The notes: a model not told the origin generated them from the sequence alone. Shown: positions 10,083-20,951, counted from the stretch's first letter. The stretch is DNA of 64,000 nucleotides from an uncultured Chthoniobacterales bacterium (GCA_964552635.1 CAZKHB010000015.1:15619-79618), one strand, 5' to 3'. A program made the numbers and translations.

Positions 10083-11930
10083 TCACTCCACGGTCACGCT
10101 CTTGGCGAGATTCCGTGGTTTATCCACGTCGCACCCAAGGGCGTCCGCGATGTGATAGGCGAGGAGTTGGAGAGGAATGACGTTCAGAATCGGCGCGAGG
10201 TAGTCGGGGGCGTGCGGCACGAGGATGACGTCGTCGCAGACCTTGGCGAGGTCGGTGTCGCCTTCGGTGCCGATGGCGATGACCGGTCCCCGCCGGGCTT
10301 TGACCTCCTCGATGTTGCTCATGTTCTTCTCGAACACCGCATCGCGCGGGGTGATGAAAACCGAGGGCGTCTCCTCGTTGATCAGCGCGATCACACCGTG
10401 TTTGAGTTCGGCGCTCGGGTAACCGGACGCCGCGATGTAGCTGATCTCTTTGAGCTTGAGCGCGCCTTCGAGGGCGACCGGGTAGTTCGCCTGCCGGCCC
10501 ATGAAGAGGAAATTCTTCGCCCGCGCGTATTTGAGGGCGATCTTCTTCACCGCGGCGTCGAGTTCGATCGTGCGCGCGACGAGGTCGGGGAGTTTTTCCA
10601 ATTCGGAAATGATCGTCCGCCCTTCGCCGTGCGAGAGGTGGCGGATCCGGCCAAGGAGCAGACCCAGCAGCGTCAGGATGACGAGTTGCGAGGTGAAGGA
10701 CTTCGTGGCGGCCACGCCGATCTCGGGCCCGGCGTGCATGTAGACGCCGCCGTCGCTCTCGCGCGCGATGGTGCTTGCGACGTTGTTGCAGATGCCAAGC
10801 GTGCGGTGGCCTTTCCGCTGGCTCTCGCGCAGGGCGGCCAGTGTGTCGGCCGTCTCTCCGCTCTGGCTGATGACAAAGACGAGCGTATCACGGTCCATCG
10901 GGAGGTTCCGGTAGCGGAACTCGCTGGCGATTTCGCATTCGACGGGAATGTGGGCGAGTTGCTCGATGAGATACTCGCCCGCAAGGGCGGCGTGGAAGGC
11001 GGTGCCGCATCCGCTGAGCACGATGCGGTCGATCGCGCGAAGCTCGGCATTCGACATCTCCAGTCCGCCGAGTTTGGCGGTCGCTTCCTCGGGCGAGAGG
11101 CGGCCGCGCAGGGCGTCGCGCACCGAGTTCGGCTGCTCGTAGATTTCCTTGAGCATGAAGTGCGGGAACCGGCCCTTGTCGACCGCATCGGCACTGAACT
11201 CGACCTTGCTCACCTCGAAATCGGCACCTGTGCCGCTCACGGTCGAGATTTCGAAGCCTTTTTCGCCAAGAGCGACGATCTCGTAGTCGTTCAGGTAGAC
11301 GACGTCCCGCGTGTGCGCGACGATCGCGCTCACATCGCTGGCGAGGAAATGCTCGCCGTCCCCGATGCCCAGGACGAGCGGGCTCCCGCGCCGCGCACCG
11401 ACAAGCACGCCGGGCACGTCCGCATGCAGCACCGCGATGCCGTAGGTACCGATCACCGAGCGCAAGGCGGACTGGACTGCCGCGACAAGAGCGGCCTTGC
11501 CGGAGGCGGCCTGTTTCTCAAACTCCTCACCCACCAGATGGGCCAGCACCTCGGTATCCGTCTGTGAGGCAAAGGCATGACCGCGCTCGATGAGTTGATC
11601 GCGCAGCGTCTGGTAGTTCTCGATGACGCCGTTGTGCACAAGGACAAGGCGGCCGCTACGGTCTGTATGCGGATGGGCGTTCTCGTGCGTCACCGCGCCA
11701 TGCGTGGCCCACCGCGTGTGGCTGATGCCCGCCGAGCCGGAAACCGGGCTCTTCTCGATTTCGAGGGCGAGGTTTGCGATGCGGCCGACGGATTTCCGGA
11801 TCGCGAGCGACGACCCGTCGAGCAGCGCCACCCCGGCCGAGTCGTACCCGCGGTATTCAAGACGCCTCAACCCGTCCAACAAAACCGGCAGGGCCTCCGC
11901 GCGCCCGATGTATCCGACGATTCCACACAT
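10083..11930 (-). CDS. glmS: glutamine--fructose-6-phosphate aminotransferase
   Basis: MCGIVGYIG N-terminal Ntn cysteine; tandem SIS domains; C-terminal ...KPRNLAKSVTVE. Confidence 0.85.
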   Translation of the reverse strand: MCGIVGYIGRAEALPVLLDGLRRLEYRGYDSAGVALLDGSSLAIRKSVGRIANLALEIEKSPVSGSAGISHTRWATHGAVTHENAHPHTDRSGRLVLVHNGVIENYQTLRDQLIERGHAFASQTDTEVLAHLVGEEFEKQAASGKAALVAAVQSALRSVIGTYGIAVLHADVPGVLVGARRGSPLVLGIGDGEHFLASDVSAIVAHTRDVVYLNDYEIVALGEKGFEISTVSGTGADFEVSKVEFSADAVDKGRFPHFMLKEIYEQPNSVRDALRGRLSPEEATAKLGGLEMSNAELRAIDRIVLSGCGTAFHAALAGEYLIEQLAHIPVECEIASEFRYRNLPMDRDTLVFVISQSGETADTLAALRESQRKGHRTLGICNNVASTIARESDGGVYMHAGPEIGVAATKSFTSQLVILTLLGLLLGRIRHLSHGEGRTIISELEKLPDLVARTIELDAAVKKIALKYARAKNFLFMGRQANYPVALEGALKLKEISYIAASGYPSAELKHGVIALINEETPSVFITPRDAVFEKNMSNIEEVKARRGPVIAIGTEGDTDLAKVCDDVILVPHAPDYLAPILNVIPLQLLAYHIADALGCDVDKPRNLAKSVTVE

Positions 11931-11983
11931 AGTGTTTTGAATCGTGACAAGTCGGGGCCGGAGCGGCAAGATACAAAGCCCGT

Positions 11984-13279
11984 ATGAGCCTCCCAGCGCA
12001 TGCCCTCCCCACGTCGAAAACTCTCGCGATCATCATGGGAGGAGGTGCCGGAACACGCCTTTTCCCCCTCACGCAGGAACGCGCCAAACCCGCCGTCCCG
12101 CTCGGAGGAAAATACCGCCTCGTCGACATCCCGATCAGCAACTGCCTGAACTCCGGCCTGCGCGGCATTTACATTCTTACCCAGTTCAACAGCACGTCCC
12201 TCCACCGGCACATCAACGCGAGCTACAAGTTCGATGACTTCACGCCGAGCTTTGTCGAGATTCTCGCCGCGCAGCAAACCCCCGAGGGATCGCGCTGGTA
12301 CCAGGGCACGGCCGATGCCGTCCGGCAAAACATGCGCTACTTCCTCGAGCGCCCGTACCAGTATTTCATCATCCTGAGCGGGGACCAGCTCTACCGCATG
12401 GACTACCGCGACATGCTCCGCCAGCATGTCGAGTCCCATGCCGATCTCACCATCGCCACGATCCCGGTGAATCGCGAGGCGGCGACCGGTTTCGGCCTCA
12501 TGCTGACCGACGAGGAGCGGCGCATCAAACAATTCGTTGAGAAGCCAAAGGATCCCGCGCTGTTGGATTCGCTCCGCATCCCCTCCGATCTCCTCCAGCG
12601 CATCGGGCACCCCGCCGACGCCGATCTCTATCAAGCCTCGATGGGGATCTACATCTTCAACCGCTCCGTGCTCGAGCACTGCCTCGACAACGACCTTGTC
12701 GATTTCGGGAAGAACATCATCCCCGAGGCGATCAACAGCCACAAGGTGATGGCCTTCATTTTTCAGGGATATTGGGAGGACATCGGCACCATCCGTGCAT
12801 TCTTCGAGGCGAATCTCAACCTCGCCGACACGCATCCCCAATACACGTTCTACGAGCCCGGCGCTCCGGTGTTCACGCATCCGGGGTTCCTTCCCGCCAG
12901 CGTCATCTCCGCCTGCCGTGTCGACCGCGCCATGATCTCCGACGGGTGCATCATCGGTGACGCGACATTGGAGCGCTGCGTACTGGGCATCCGAAGCGTC
13001 ATCCGCGGCGGATCCACGCTCCAGAACACGATCATGATGGGGGCCGACTACTACGAGACCGAAGCCCCCGCGCCCGCGCCCGGCGCCCCGCCCATCGGTG
13101 TCGGCCACGGGTGCACGATCAACGGCGCGATCATCGACAAGAATGCACGCATCGGGAACAACGTCGTCATCTCCCCCGAGGGGAAATCGCAGGATGCCGA
13201 GGGCCCGGGCTACTTCATCCGTGACGGCATTGTCGTGATCCCGAAAAACAGTGTCATTCCCGACGGAACTTGGATATAG
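11984..13279 (+). CDS. glgC: glucose-1-phosphate adenylyltransferase
   Basis: LAIIMGGGAGTRLFPLTQERAKPAVPLGGKYRLVDIPISNCLNSG is the canonical GlgC N-terminus. Confidence 0.85.
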   Translation: MSLPAHALPTSKTLAIIMGGGAGTRLFPLTQERAKPAVPLGGKYRLVDIPISNCLNSGLRGIYILTQFNSTSLHRHINASYKFDDFTPSFVEILAAQQTPEGSRWYQGTADAVRQNMRYFLERPYQYFIILSGDQLYRMDYRDMLRQHVESHADLTIATIPVNREAATGFGLMLTDEERRIKQFVEKPKDPALLDSLRIPSDLLQRIGHPADADLYQASMGIYIFNRSVLEHCLDNDLVDFGKNIIPEAINSHKVMAFIFQGYWEDIGTIRAFFEANLNLADTHPQYTFYEPGAPVFTHPGFLPASVISACRVDRAMISDGCIIGDATLERCVLGIRSVIRGGSTLQNTIMMGADYYETEAPAPAPGAPPIGVGHGCTINGAIIDKNARIGNNVVISPEGKSQDAEGPGYFIRDGIVVIPKNSVIPDGTWI

Positions 13280-13286
13280 GCGGGGG

Positions 13287-13856
13287 ATGAGGATCGTTGC
13301 CCGTCTTGCCGTCGCCCTTGTCGCGGCTGTCGCTCTCGCCGGTTGCTATTTCGATAATCCGCTCACGGGCTGGCCGTCGAAAAATCTCAACACGTGGCTC
13401 CTGGGCGTGTGGGAAAGCAAATCCGAGGACGGCCGCATCTCGCGGGTGATGGTCACACCGATCGACAACGGACGCTACTTCGTTGACCTTGCCCTCGCCG
13501 GGAAGAAACCGCGCGAGACCCGCCGTTACCAACTTGAGGCCTGGCCCTCGCGCGTGGGCGACACAACATTTCTCACATTGAAATGCCTCGAGGGTTCCGG
13601 CGAGATGCCCCCCGGAGCCTACGCGTTCATCCAGGTGCAGTTGCTCAACCAGAACACCGTTCGCATCCGCACCCTGAAGCTCGACTCCGCGCCCGATGCC
13701 TCTTCCTTCGAGCTCCGCAAAGAAGTGCGCCGCAAGCTGAAGGACCGCACACTCTACTCCGACGAGGCCACCACATGGTCCCGCGTGGAGGAAGTCTTCT
13801 GGAGCGGGGACGGCGAAAAGCCGACCTTCACCCCGCTGCGGAACCCGACCTACTGA
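13287..13856 (+). CDS. hypothetical lipoprotein
   Basis: MRIVARLAVALVAAVALAGC signal peptide with lipobox. Confidence 0.5.
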   Translation: MRIVARLAVALVAAVALAGCYFDNPLTGWPSKNLNTWLLGVWESKSEDGRISRVMVTPIDNGRYFVDLALAGKKPRETRRYQLEAWPSRVGDTTFLTLKCLEGSGEMPPGAYAFIQVQLLNQNTVRIRTLKLDSAPDASSFELRKEVRRKLKDRTLYSDEATTWSRVEEVFWSGDGEKPTFTPLRNPTY

Positions 13857-13889
13857 TCCGGCCGCCCCTCGCCTGACGCGATAACCGCA

Positions 13890-14342
13890 GTGCTCCTCGC
13901 CAACTTGGTCTGGCCCGCACTGTATATCGCGGAGCGCTATTACTCATGGTGGGCAATCGGAGCGGGACTGGTGCTCGAGACGATCGTGCTCGCGAAGCTC
14001 ACACGCCGCTCGGCGGGGTGCAGCCTCCTCATGGCCGCCGTTGCGAACGCCGCCTCGGCCATTGTCGGAATCCTTGCCTACCGGTGGCTCGGATTCGCGT
14101 GGGAATTCGTCCTCTCCTTCACGATCTACCAGATTCTCCCCCTCGGAACCTTCAACCCGTTCGGTTGGCTCGCGTCCGTGCTGCTCGCGGCCCTTCTGAG
14201 TTCCGTCATCGAATGTGCTGTGCTCCGGCTCGGGTTCCGCATTCCGATCACTCGCCGCTTCTTCCTGCCGTTTCTTCTCGCAAACATCGCCACAGCCGCC
14301 GTGGCACTCGTCACCGTCTGGACCCATCCACCAGAAGTGTGA
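13890..14342 (+). CDS. hypothetical membrane protein
   Basis: Four predicted TM helices; no family recognised. Confidence 0.4.
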   Translation: MLLANLVWPALYIAERYYSWWAIGAGLVLETIVLAKLTRRSAGCSLLMAAVANAASAIVGILAYRWLGFAWEFVLSFTIYQILPLGTFNPFGWLASVLLAALLSSVIECAVLRLGFRIPITRRFFLPFLLANIATAAVALVTVWTHPPEV

Positions 14343-14600
14343 GCGTCCAGTTTTCGACTCATCCGTGCGGGCCTGCCCCGGGGCACGGGTCGCGGGTATC
14401 CACCGGGACGAGGCTGCTCGTAGGGTGGGTCACAATCCGCACTCGGAAAAACGGCGCGGAGTGCACTCGAGACGTTCCGCCGGCGTCTCAAGGAAACGGC
14501 GTGGCGCTTCAACCATCGCTGTGATAGGATTTCCGGTCTAGTTAGAAAGCATCCCCAGCTTCCCTCCCACACCCACTCCCACTCAGGAAGGATCCCCACC

Positions 14601-17600
14601 GTGCCACCCCGCATCGCCCTCGCTTTGCTCGGGGTTTTCGCGGGCTTGAGTCGGGCCGACGCGCAACCTCTGCCTCCCGCCAATTTCGTCGTCGCCCCGT
14701 CCAACGCCAGCGGCGATGTCGCACTCTCTTGGTCCGCGTCGGATAACGCCACGGGTTACATCCTGCGACGCGCCACCTCCCTTGGCGGCAACTACACCAC
14801 GCTCGCCGCCTCGCTCTCGGCCAACACAACCTCCTTCACCGACTCGACCGCTCAGGCCGGCGTGCGCTATCACTACGCGATCGGCAGCCTCGCATCCGGC
14901 GGACCCGTGCCCGGTATCCGCGGTGTCTGGGCCTCACCCGCCATCCTGCTCGACAATTCCGGCGCAGGAAACGTTGCCGCGGGTGTCTCCTTCTCCGGCA
15001 CGTGGGCCACATCCTCTCTCAACGGATCCTTCGGCAGCCCCTCACTTTTCGCCGCCGCCGTGTCCGGCACCACGCCCAGCGCCACCTACACCTTTGCGCC
15101 CACCCTTCCGGCGCGCGGACTCTACGATGTTTACCTGCGCTGGACCGCCGCGGCCAACCGCGCCAGCAACACGCCGGTCGACGTCGAATTCCCCGACGGC
15201 AACCGCACCTTGGCCGTGAACCAGCAATCCAACGGCGGTGTCTGGAATTACCTTACCACCATACCCGCCGAGGCCGGTTCCAGCGCCTCCGTCACCATTC
15301 GCAACAACGGGGCCAACGGAAATGTCGTAGTGGACGGAATTCAGTTCATCCCCCGCCTCTCCCCGTGGGCACCCTCAGCGGACGCGCCGCAGGACTACAC
15401 CGTTGCGACCATCGAGGAGAATTTCGACGGTGTCGCGCTCGATCAATCACTCTGGAGCACCTCCTTCGGACGCAGCGCCTACGTCGTCTCAGGCGGCAAT
15501 CTGCGCACCCGACTGCAATACACGGGCCCCGTCCCGCTCGCCAACGCCACCACCGAAGACCTCGAGAACGAGGCGAACTGGAACGAGGGAGGCATCATCG
15601 CCAACCAGGCCCAGAAATTCGGCTACCACGAAGCCCGTCTCCGCCTTCCGCCCGCTGCCGCCCGCGGCGTGGATACCGCCTATTGGCACAATGCCACCGA
15701 CGAATACATCCACGGCTACGAGATCGATGCCCCGGAGTTCTTCAACAAAGACACCAGTGGAGCCCAAAACAACTTTGGCTTCGGCAACTGGGACCATTTT
15801 CTTCCCACCGTCCGGCGCATTAATCCCGACACTGGAAAACTCCTTACAGAGGGCCGCACGTGGGACTACGACCGCAAGACCGTTGCGACCTTCGGGGATC
15901 TCACCCAATACATCACTATCGGCTTGGAATGGCGGACCGATAACACACAGGTCGTCTATCTCAACGGGCAGAAGGTCTACACCGCGCCCGCCTCCGGCAT
16001 GAACGACATTGAGTCCATCCTGCCCGCCCAGATCATCCTCAGCACCAAAGTCCTCGACTGGCTGCGCCCGAACGCCGCACTCGACGGCGCCGAGGCCCTT
16101 TGGGACTACGTGCGCTACTACCAGAAGCCCGGCTTCACCGGCGCCGCCGACGGGGATTGGTCCAAGGCCGCCAACTGGGGCCCGGACGGCCTGCCCGGCG
16201 GTGGTGTCACCGCGGTCTTCAACCAACCCTTCGCGCCCGCTTCTGTCACCCTGCCCACCGACCAAAGCCCGCAGACCATTTACCTCGAGGGCGCCTCGCT
16301 TCCGGCGCACGTGTTTGCCGGTCCGGGCAAACTGTTTCTCGGCTCGGCCAAGGCCGGCGACGATTCCGTCACCCATGGCGGCATCCTGGTGAACACGAAT
16401 GTATCGGCAAACCAAACGTTCCAGACCGACATCGTCGGGTTACAGAATCTCCAGTTCGCGAACCTCAGCCGCAGCCCGGGTGTCACCCTGCTTCTCAACG
16501 GCTCGATTACCGGCGACGGCGCGGCCCCGCGCGACGTGGATTTCCTCTCCTCCCTCGCCACCAACACCGGCCTGGGTGCCATCGTGCTCGCCCAGCCGCT
16601 GGGTGCGGGCATCCGCCACGTCAACCGCGCCGGCGACTGCGTATTCACGCTTCCCGCAGGCAGTCGGCACACCGGCGAGCTCCGGATCGCCCGCGGCCCC
16701 GTTGCCATCTCCGATCTGTCCGCGCTCGGCCTCACCGCCAACGCCACACTGGAGTTTGGTCCTCGCTATCAGCACTCCGACAATTGGCGACCGCGTCTCA
16801 CCTACAACGGCACGACCGCCAGCTCGGTGCGCCCCATCCGGCTCACCAATTGGGCCATGGACGGCGTGCTCGAATCCTCCGGCAGCGGCCCGCTCACATG
16901 GAACGGAGACCTCGTCATCGTCCCTGTCTCCCGCACCAACGACAACGAGCTGAGCAACGACGCCCGCTTTACTCTCGGCGGTAGCCACTCCGCGACCGAC
17001 AACGTCTTCGGCGGAACCATATCCGCGGCCCCGCTGAGCGGCTGCGTCGTCGGATACACCGCACCCGACGGCACACGTCAATTCCGGCCTGCCCTCTTCG
17101 ACCTTGTAAAATCCGGCCCCTCCACGTGGGTATTGTCCGGTCCGGTTTCCGTGAACGACACGATCGTCGTTTCCGGCGGCAGACTCATCATCGGCCAAGG
17201 CACCGCGGCCTCGTTCTCCGCGCCGGGCATCACGGTTGCTTCCGGTGCCGAGTTTGGGTTCGGCGCCGACACCGCCATCGCGTTCGGCTCGACAATTTCG
17301 GGCGCGGGCGGCTTCCGCAAACGCGGAGCCGGCACGCTCACGCTCTCCGGCAACCACACCTACGCCGGTGCCACCTTCCTCGACTCGGGCACGCTCGCGC
17401 TCGCGGGTTCGCTTCGGGGCGCAGGCACCTTCACCGCCTCTGCGAATGCCACCCTCTCGGGCTCCGGTTCCGTCGGTGGCACCCTTTCGGTCAACGGCAC
17501 TTTCGCCCCCGGCGCTTTCGCGGTTGGCGGTGCCCTGCAACTCCGCGCCAACTCCTCGCTCCGCGCCGCTTTCACCGGCAACAACGGCGCCAGTCTGCCC

Positions 17601-19451
17601 TCGGTGTCGGCCTCCTCGCTCAACATCACCTCGGGTGCTCGGATTGATGTCGTCCTCAACCAGCCCGGCTCCACCGCCAACTTCATCCAGTCTTTCTGGC
17701 GCACCGCCCGTAGCTTCCCGCTCATTACCTCCGGCAGTCGCTCCGGCACGCTCGCACTCGGCTCCGTGTCCGCCGACTCCGCCGGCAATGCCGCGTCCAC
17801 CTACGGTTCTTTTTCCCTCCAACACACGCCCACCGGCGTCAATCTTCTCTGGACTCCTCTCGCCGGTTTCCCCGTCGTCGACGATCCGACCGTCACGCTC
17901 TCCAGCCCGGTCCCGAATCCCTCCTCGGGCCCGCTTGCCCTCGCTGACTCTGCCTCCGCCCTGCGCCTTGTGATCAGCATGGGCGGCGGCCCCACCAGCA
18001 CACTGGATTGGACGCAGATTTCCGGCCCCGGAGTCGCCACTTTCGTCGGCTCAAACTCGACCGACACCTCCGTCGCTTTCTCCGCACCCGGCACCTACGT
18101 GCTCCGCGCCACTGTCTCCAACGCGCTCGGCTCCGCCTCGACGGATCTCACTGTGATCGTGGCTCCTCCGGAAACCGTCGTGCTTCGCCAGGGCGTGAAC
18201 GGCTATGCCCACGCCGCGACTTTCCTCCGCGCCGATTCGGCCTCCTGGAATTCGGGCGCGCGCGATCAAATGCTCGTCGGACGAAACTCCGGCGCATTCC
18301 GCTCGCTCCTCGGCTTCGATCTCACAGGGGTGCCAACCGGCGCCACCGTCACCTCCGCCACACTCGATGTCTGGACCGATGCCATCGGCACGGGTGTGGT
18401 CGGCGACATCGAGTTGCGTCCACTCCTTCGCTCCTTCGCCGAAGGCGCAGGCAGCGGTTCCTCCGCGACCGACGGGGCCGGCACAGGTGCCGATTGGAAT
18501 ACCCACGACGGTGTCAACAGCTGGACCACCGCCGGCGGCCAGATCGACACCACTGTCCTCGCCAGAGTTTCCGGCTTCTCCGCCAACCAAACATTCACGC
18601 AGAAAACCTTCCCGAGCAGCGCCGCCTTCGTCTCCGCCGCGCAGTCTGCGGTGACGAACTCCGCACCACTCAACCTTGCCATCGTTTCCCCGCTCACCGA
18701 GTCCGGCGCCAGCAACAACTTCGTCCGTTTCGCGTCGGACGACAATGTCTCCACGGCCCGCCGCCCTCAACTCAAGCTCGCGCTCACCTATCTCTTCGCG
18801 CCTTCGCCCGATCCCGGCTCGGCCCCGGCTGCCACCGCCGGCCAGCCCGCGAGCCTGCTTGGCAGCGTAGCCAACGCGACCTCGTCGCTCTGGTCGCTCG
18901 TCAGTGGCCCGGGCTCCGCCCTCTTAGCCGACGCCACTGCACCGGCCACGAGCGTCACATTCTCTGCCGCTGGCAGCTACGTGCTGAGACTTTCCGCCTC
19001 GAACGCCAACGGTGAAACCTCCCGCACACTCACCGTTCTGGTCGCCTCCCCTCTCGACTCGTGGCGCCTTGCAAACTTTGGTTCCTCCGCCAATACAGGA
19101 AACGCCGCCGACACCGCCGATCCGGACGCTGACGGCTTGCCAAACCTGCTTGAATTCGCCTTGGGATCGAACCCGATGCAGCCCTCTTCAGGTTCGTTGC
19201 CGGTTGTCTCGGCGGATGCCACGACCTCGACGCTCCGCCTCGACTACACCCGCGCGCGGTCAGCGCTGGGCTCGGTCACCTTCACCCCCGAATGGACGGC
19301 CTCACTCGGAACCCGGCCGATTGTGTGGTCTGCGAACGGCGTGACAACGACCGTCTTGTCCGACAACGGCACCGTGCAGCAGGTCCGCTCTTCCGTGCCT
19401 CTGCCCTCGACGGGTGCCCGCTTCCTCCGACTTCGCGTTACCACCCCGTAA
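14601..19451 (+). CDS. giant secreted multidomain protein: signal peptide, FN3, golvesin/Xly-like CBM, GH16 glycoside hydrolase, autotransporter-associated beta-strand repeats
   Basis: GTG start. FN3-like PPANFVVAPSNASGDVALSWSA...GYILRR. CBM-like SGTWATSS...LYDVYLRWTAAANRASNTPVDVEFPDGNRTLAVNQQSNGGVWNYL. GH16 motif HGYEIDAPEF (ExDxxE). Repeats such as GTLTLSGNHTYAGATFLDSGTLALAG are of the autotransporter-associated type. C-terminal DADGLPNLLEFALGSNP calcium-type motif. Confidence 0.7.
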   Translation: MPPRIALALLGVFAGLSRADAQPLPPANFVVAPSNASGDVALSWSASDNATGYILRRATSLGGNYTTLAASLSANTTSFTDSTAQAGVRYHYAIGSLASGGPVPGIRGVWASPAILLDNSGAGNVAAGVSFSGTWATSSLNGSFGSPSLFAAAVSGTTPSATYTFAPTLPARGLYDVYLRWTAAANRASNTPVDVEFPDGNRTLAVNQQSNGGVWNYLTTIPAEAGSSASVTIRNNGANGNVVVDGIQFIPRLSPWAPSADAPQDYTVATIEENFDGVALDQSLWSTSFGRSAYVVSGGNLRTRLQYTGPVPLANATTEDLENEANWNEGGIIANQAQKFGYHEARLRLPPAAARGVDTAYWHNATDEYIHGYEIDAPEFFNKDTSGAQNNFGFGNWDHFLPTVRRINPDTGKLLTEGRTWDYDRKTVATFGDLTQYITIGLEWRTDNTQVVYLNGQKVYTAPASGMNDIESILPAQIILSTKVLDWLRPNAALDGAEALWDYVRYYQKPGFTGAADGDWSKAANWGPDGLPGGGVTAVFNQPFAPASVTLPTDQSPQTIYLEGASLPAHVFAGPGKLFLGSAKAGDDSVTHGGILVNTNVSANQTFQTDIVGLQNLQFANLSRSPGVTLLLNGSITGDGAAPRDVDFLSSLATNTGLGAIVLAQPLGAGIRHVNRAGDCVFTLPAGSRHTGELRIARGPVAISDLSALGLTANATLEFGPRYQHSDNWRPRLTYNGTTASSVRPIRLTNWAMDGVLESSGSGPLTWNGDLVIVPVSRTNDNELSNDARFTLGGSHSATDNVFGGTISAAPLSGCVVGYTAPDGTRQFRPALFDLVKSGPSTWVLSGPVSVNDTIVVSGGRLIIGQGTAASFSAPGITVASGAEFGFGADTAIAFGSTISGAGGFRKRGAGTLTLSGNHTYAGATFLDSGTLALAGSLRGAGTFTASANATLSGSGSVGGTLSVNGTFAPGAFAVGGALQLRANSSLRAAFTGNNGASLPSVSASSLNITSGARIDVVLNQPGSTANFIQSFWRTARSFPLITSGSRSGTLALGSVSADSAGNAASTYGSFSLQHTPTGVNLLWTPLAGFPVVDDPTVTLSSPVPNPSSGPLALADSASALRLVISMGGGPTSTLDWTQISGPGVATFVGSNSTDTSVAFSAPGTYVLRATVSNALGSASTDLTVIVAPPETVVLRQGVNGYAHAATFLRADSASWNSGARDQMLVGRNSGAFRSLLGFDLTGVPTGATVTSATLDVWTDAIGTGVVGDIELRPLLRSFAEGAGSGSSATDGAGTGADWNTHDGVNSWTTAGGQIDTTVLARVSGFSANQTFTQKTFPSSAAFVSAAQSAVTNSAPLNLAIVSPLTESGASNNFVRFASDDNVSTARRPQLKLALTYLFAPSPDPGSAPAATAGQPASLLGSVANATSSLWSLVSGPGSALLADATAPATSVTFSAAGSYVLRLSASNANGETSRTLTVLVASPLDSWRLANFGSSANTGNAADTADPDADGLPNLLEFALGSNPMQPSSGSLPVVSADATTSTLRLDYTRARSALGSVTFTPEWTASLGTRPIVWSANGVTTTVLSDNGTVQQVRSSVPLPSTGARFLRLRVTTP

Positions 19452-19495
19452 CCGCCCGGCCGGTGACCTCCCTCCGCTTTGGTGGGATGCTTCAC

Positions 19496-19518
19496 CCGCC
19501 GGAAGTGTGAACCCCGGC
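19496..19518. terminator. candidate bidirectional terminator hairpin between convergent genes
   Basis: cgccgg-aagtgtgaacc-ccggcg: a 6-bp perfect stem between the giant gene stop (19451) and the pheS stop (19520). Confidence 0.3.
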
Positions 19519-19519
19519 G

Positions 19520-20527
19520 TCAGAATTGCCGCAGGAACCGGAGGTCGTTCTCGACGAGCATCCGGATGTCCGGGATGCGGGCGAGATTCATTGCGAGCCG
19601 GTCGAGTCCGAAGCCGAAGGCAAATCCGCTCACGCGCTCCGGATCGTAGAGCCGGTCGCCGCGGCGATCGCAGATCGCCTCAAAGACGGCCGGGTCGACC
19701 ATGCCGCAACCGGCGAGTTCCATCCACTGCCCGCCAAGCGCCTCGGCACGGATGTCGATCTCGTAGCTGGGCTCGGTGAACGGAAAGAAATGCGGACGAA
19801 ATTGGATTTCGGTGCCGGAGCCAAAGAGTTCGCGGAAGAAAAACTCGAGCGTCCCCTTCAGGTCGGCGAGGCTGACGTTTTCGGCAACGTAGAGGCCTTC
19901 CATTTGGGTGAACTGGGCCAGGTGCGTCGCATCGACCTCGTCGCGCCGATAGGCGGCACCGGGCGCAATGATACGCACCGGGGGCGGTGTCGACTCCATC
20001 ACGCGGATTTGGATGGTCGAGGTGTGCGAGCGCAAAAGGCGCCCGTCGGGGAGATAAAAGGTATCCTGCTCATTGCGCGCCGGGTGGTCCGGCGGCGTGT
20101 TGAGCGCATCAAAACAATGCCACTCGGTCTCGATGTCGGGTCCGTCGGCAATGGCGAAGCCCATGCGGCGGAACGAGCGCACGGCGCGGTCGAGGAGCTG
20201 GGTGAGGGGATGCAGGGTGCCAGCGGCCGGCGCGGTGCCGGGAAGGGTAAGGTCGAGACGCCGCGCGGCGGCGGCATCCTCGTCGGCGAGGAACGCGGCA
20301 CTGCGTTCCTCAAGGGCGGACGCGACGGCCGAGCGCAGCTCGTTGAGGAGCTTGCCCATGGCCGGGCGCTCCTCCTTGGGCACGTTGCGCATCCCCTCGC
20401 TGAGCGCCGTGAGAGCTCCGCTTTTGCCGAGCAGACGCACACGGGCGGCCTCGAGAGCGGCACGGTCGGCGGCGGCGGTAATCTCCGAGAGCGCCCCGGA
20501 GCGGAGGGACTCGATCTGCTCGATCAT
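19520..20527 (-). CDS. pheS: phenylalanine--tRNA ligase alpha subunit
   Basis: ...FRPHFFPFTEPSYEIDI...GCGMVDP...GFAFGFGLDRLAM are class II aaRS motifs of PheS. Confidence 0.85.
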   Translation of the reverse strand: MIEQIESLRSGALSEITAAADRAALEAARVRLLGKSGALTALSEGMRNVPKEERPAMGKLLNELRSAVASALEERSAAFLADEDAAAARRLDLTLPGTAPAAGTLHPLTQLLDRAVRSFRRMGFAIADGPDIETEWHCFDALNTPPDHPARNEQDTFYLPDGRLLRSHTSTIQIRVMESTPPPVRIIAPGAAYRRDEVDATHLAQFTQMEGLYVAENVSLADLKGTLEFFFRELFGSGTEIQFRPHFFPFTEPSYEIDIRAEALGGQWMELAGCGMVDPAVFEAICDRRGDRLYDPERVSGFAFGFGLDRLAMNLARIPDIRMLVENDLRFLRQF

Positions 20528-20567
20528 CGGATACCGGGCGGGAGTCGCCTCCCGCCCGATGAAGTCC

Positions 20568-20951
20568 TTACTTCGCGGCGGCGGCCGGAGCCTTCGCCCC
20601 GAGTGCCTCGCGGGCTTTCCCCACGATGAGGTTGAAGGTTGCCTCGTCCTGGATTGCGATGTCCGAAAGAACCTTGCGGTCGATCGTGATGTTCGCGGCT
20701 TTCAGCCCCTCGATGAAGCGGCTGTAGGTGAGGCCCTGGGCACGCACGGCGGCGCTGAGACGCGTGATCCACAACGCGCGGAAATTCCGCTTCCGGGTCT
20801 TCCGGTCGCGGTAAGCCCAGTATTTTCCCTTCATCTGCGCGTCTTTCGCGTAGCGGAAGAGTTTGGAACGGCGGCCGCGATACCCTTTCGAGGCATCGAT
20901 CACGCGCTTGCGGCGCGCGCGGCTGGCGGGAGCATTGGTTGCTCTTGGCAT
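20568..20951 (-). CDS. rplT: 50S ribosomal protein L20
   Basis: MPRATNAPASRARRKRV...KGYRGRRSKLFR...RFIEGLKAANI. Confidence 0.9.
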   Translation of the reverse strand: MPRATNAPASRARRKRVIDASKGYRGRRSKLFRYAKDAQMKGKYWAYRDRKTRKRNFRALWITRLSAAVRAQGLTYSRFIEGLKAANITIDRKVLSDIAIQDEATFNLIVGKAREALGAKAPAAAAK

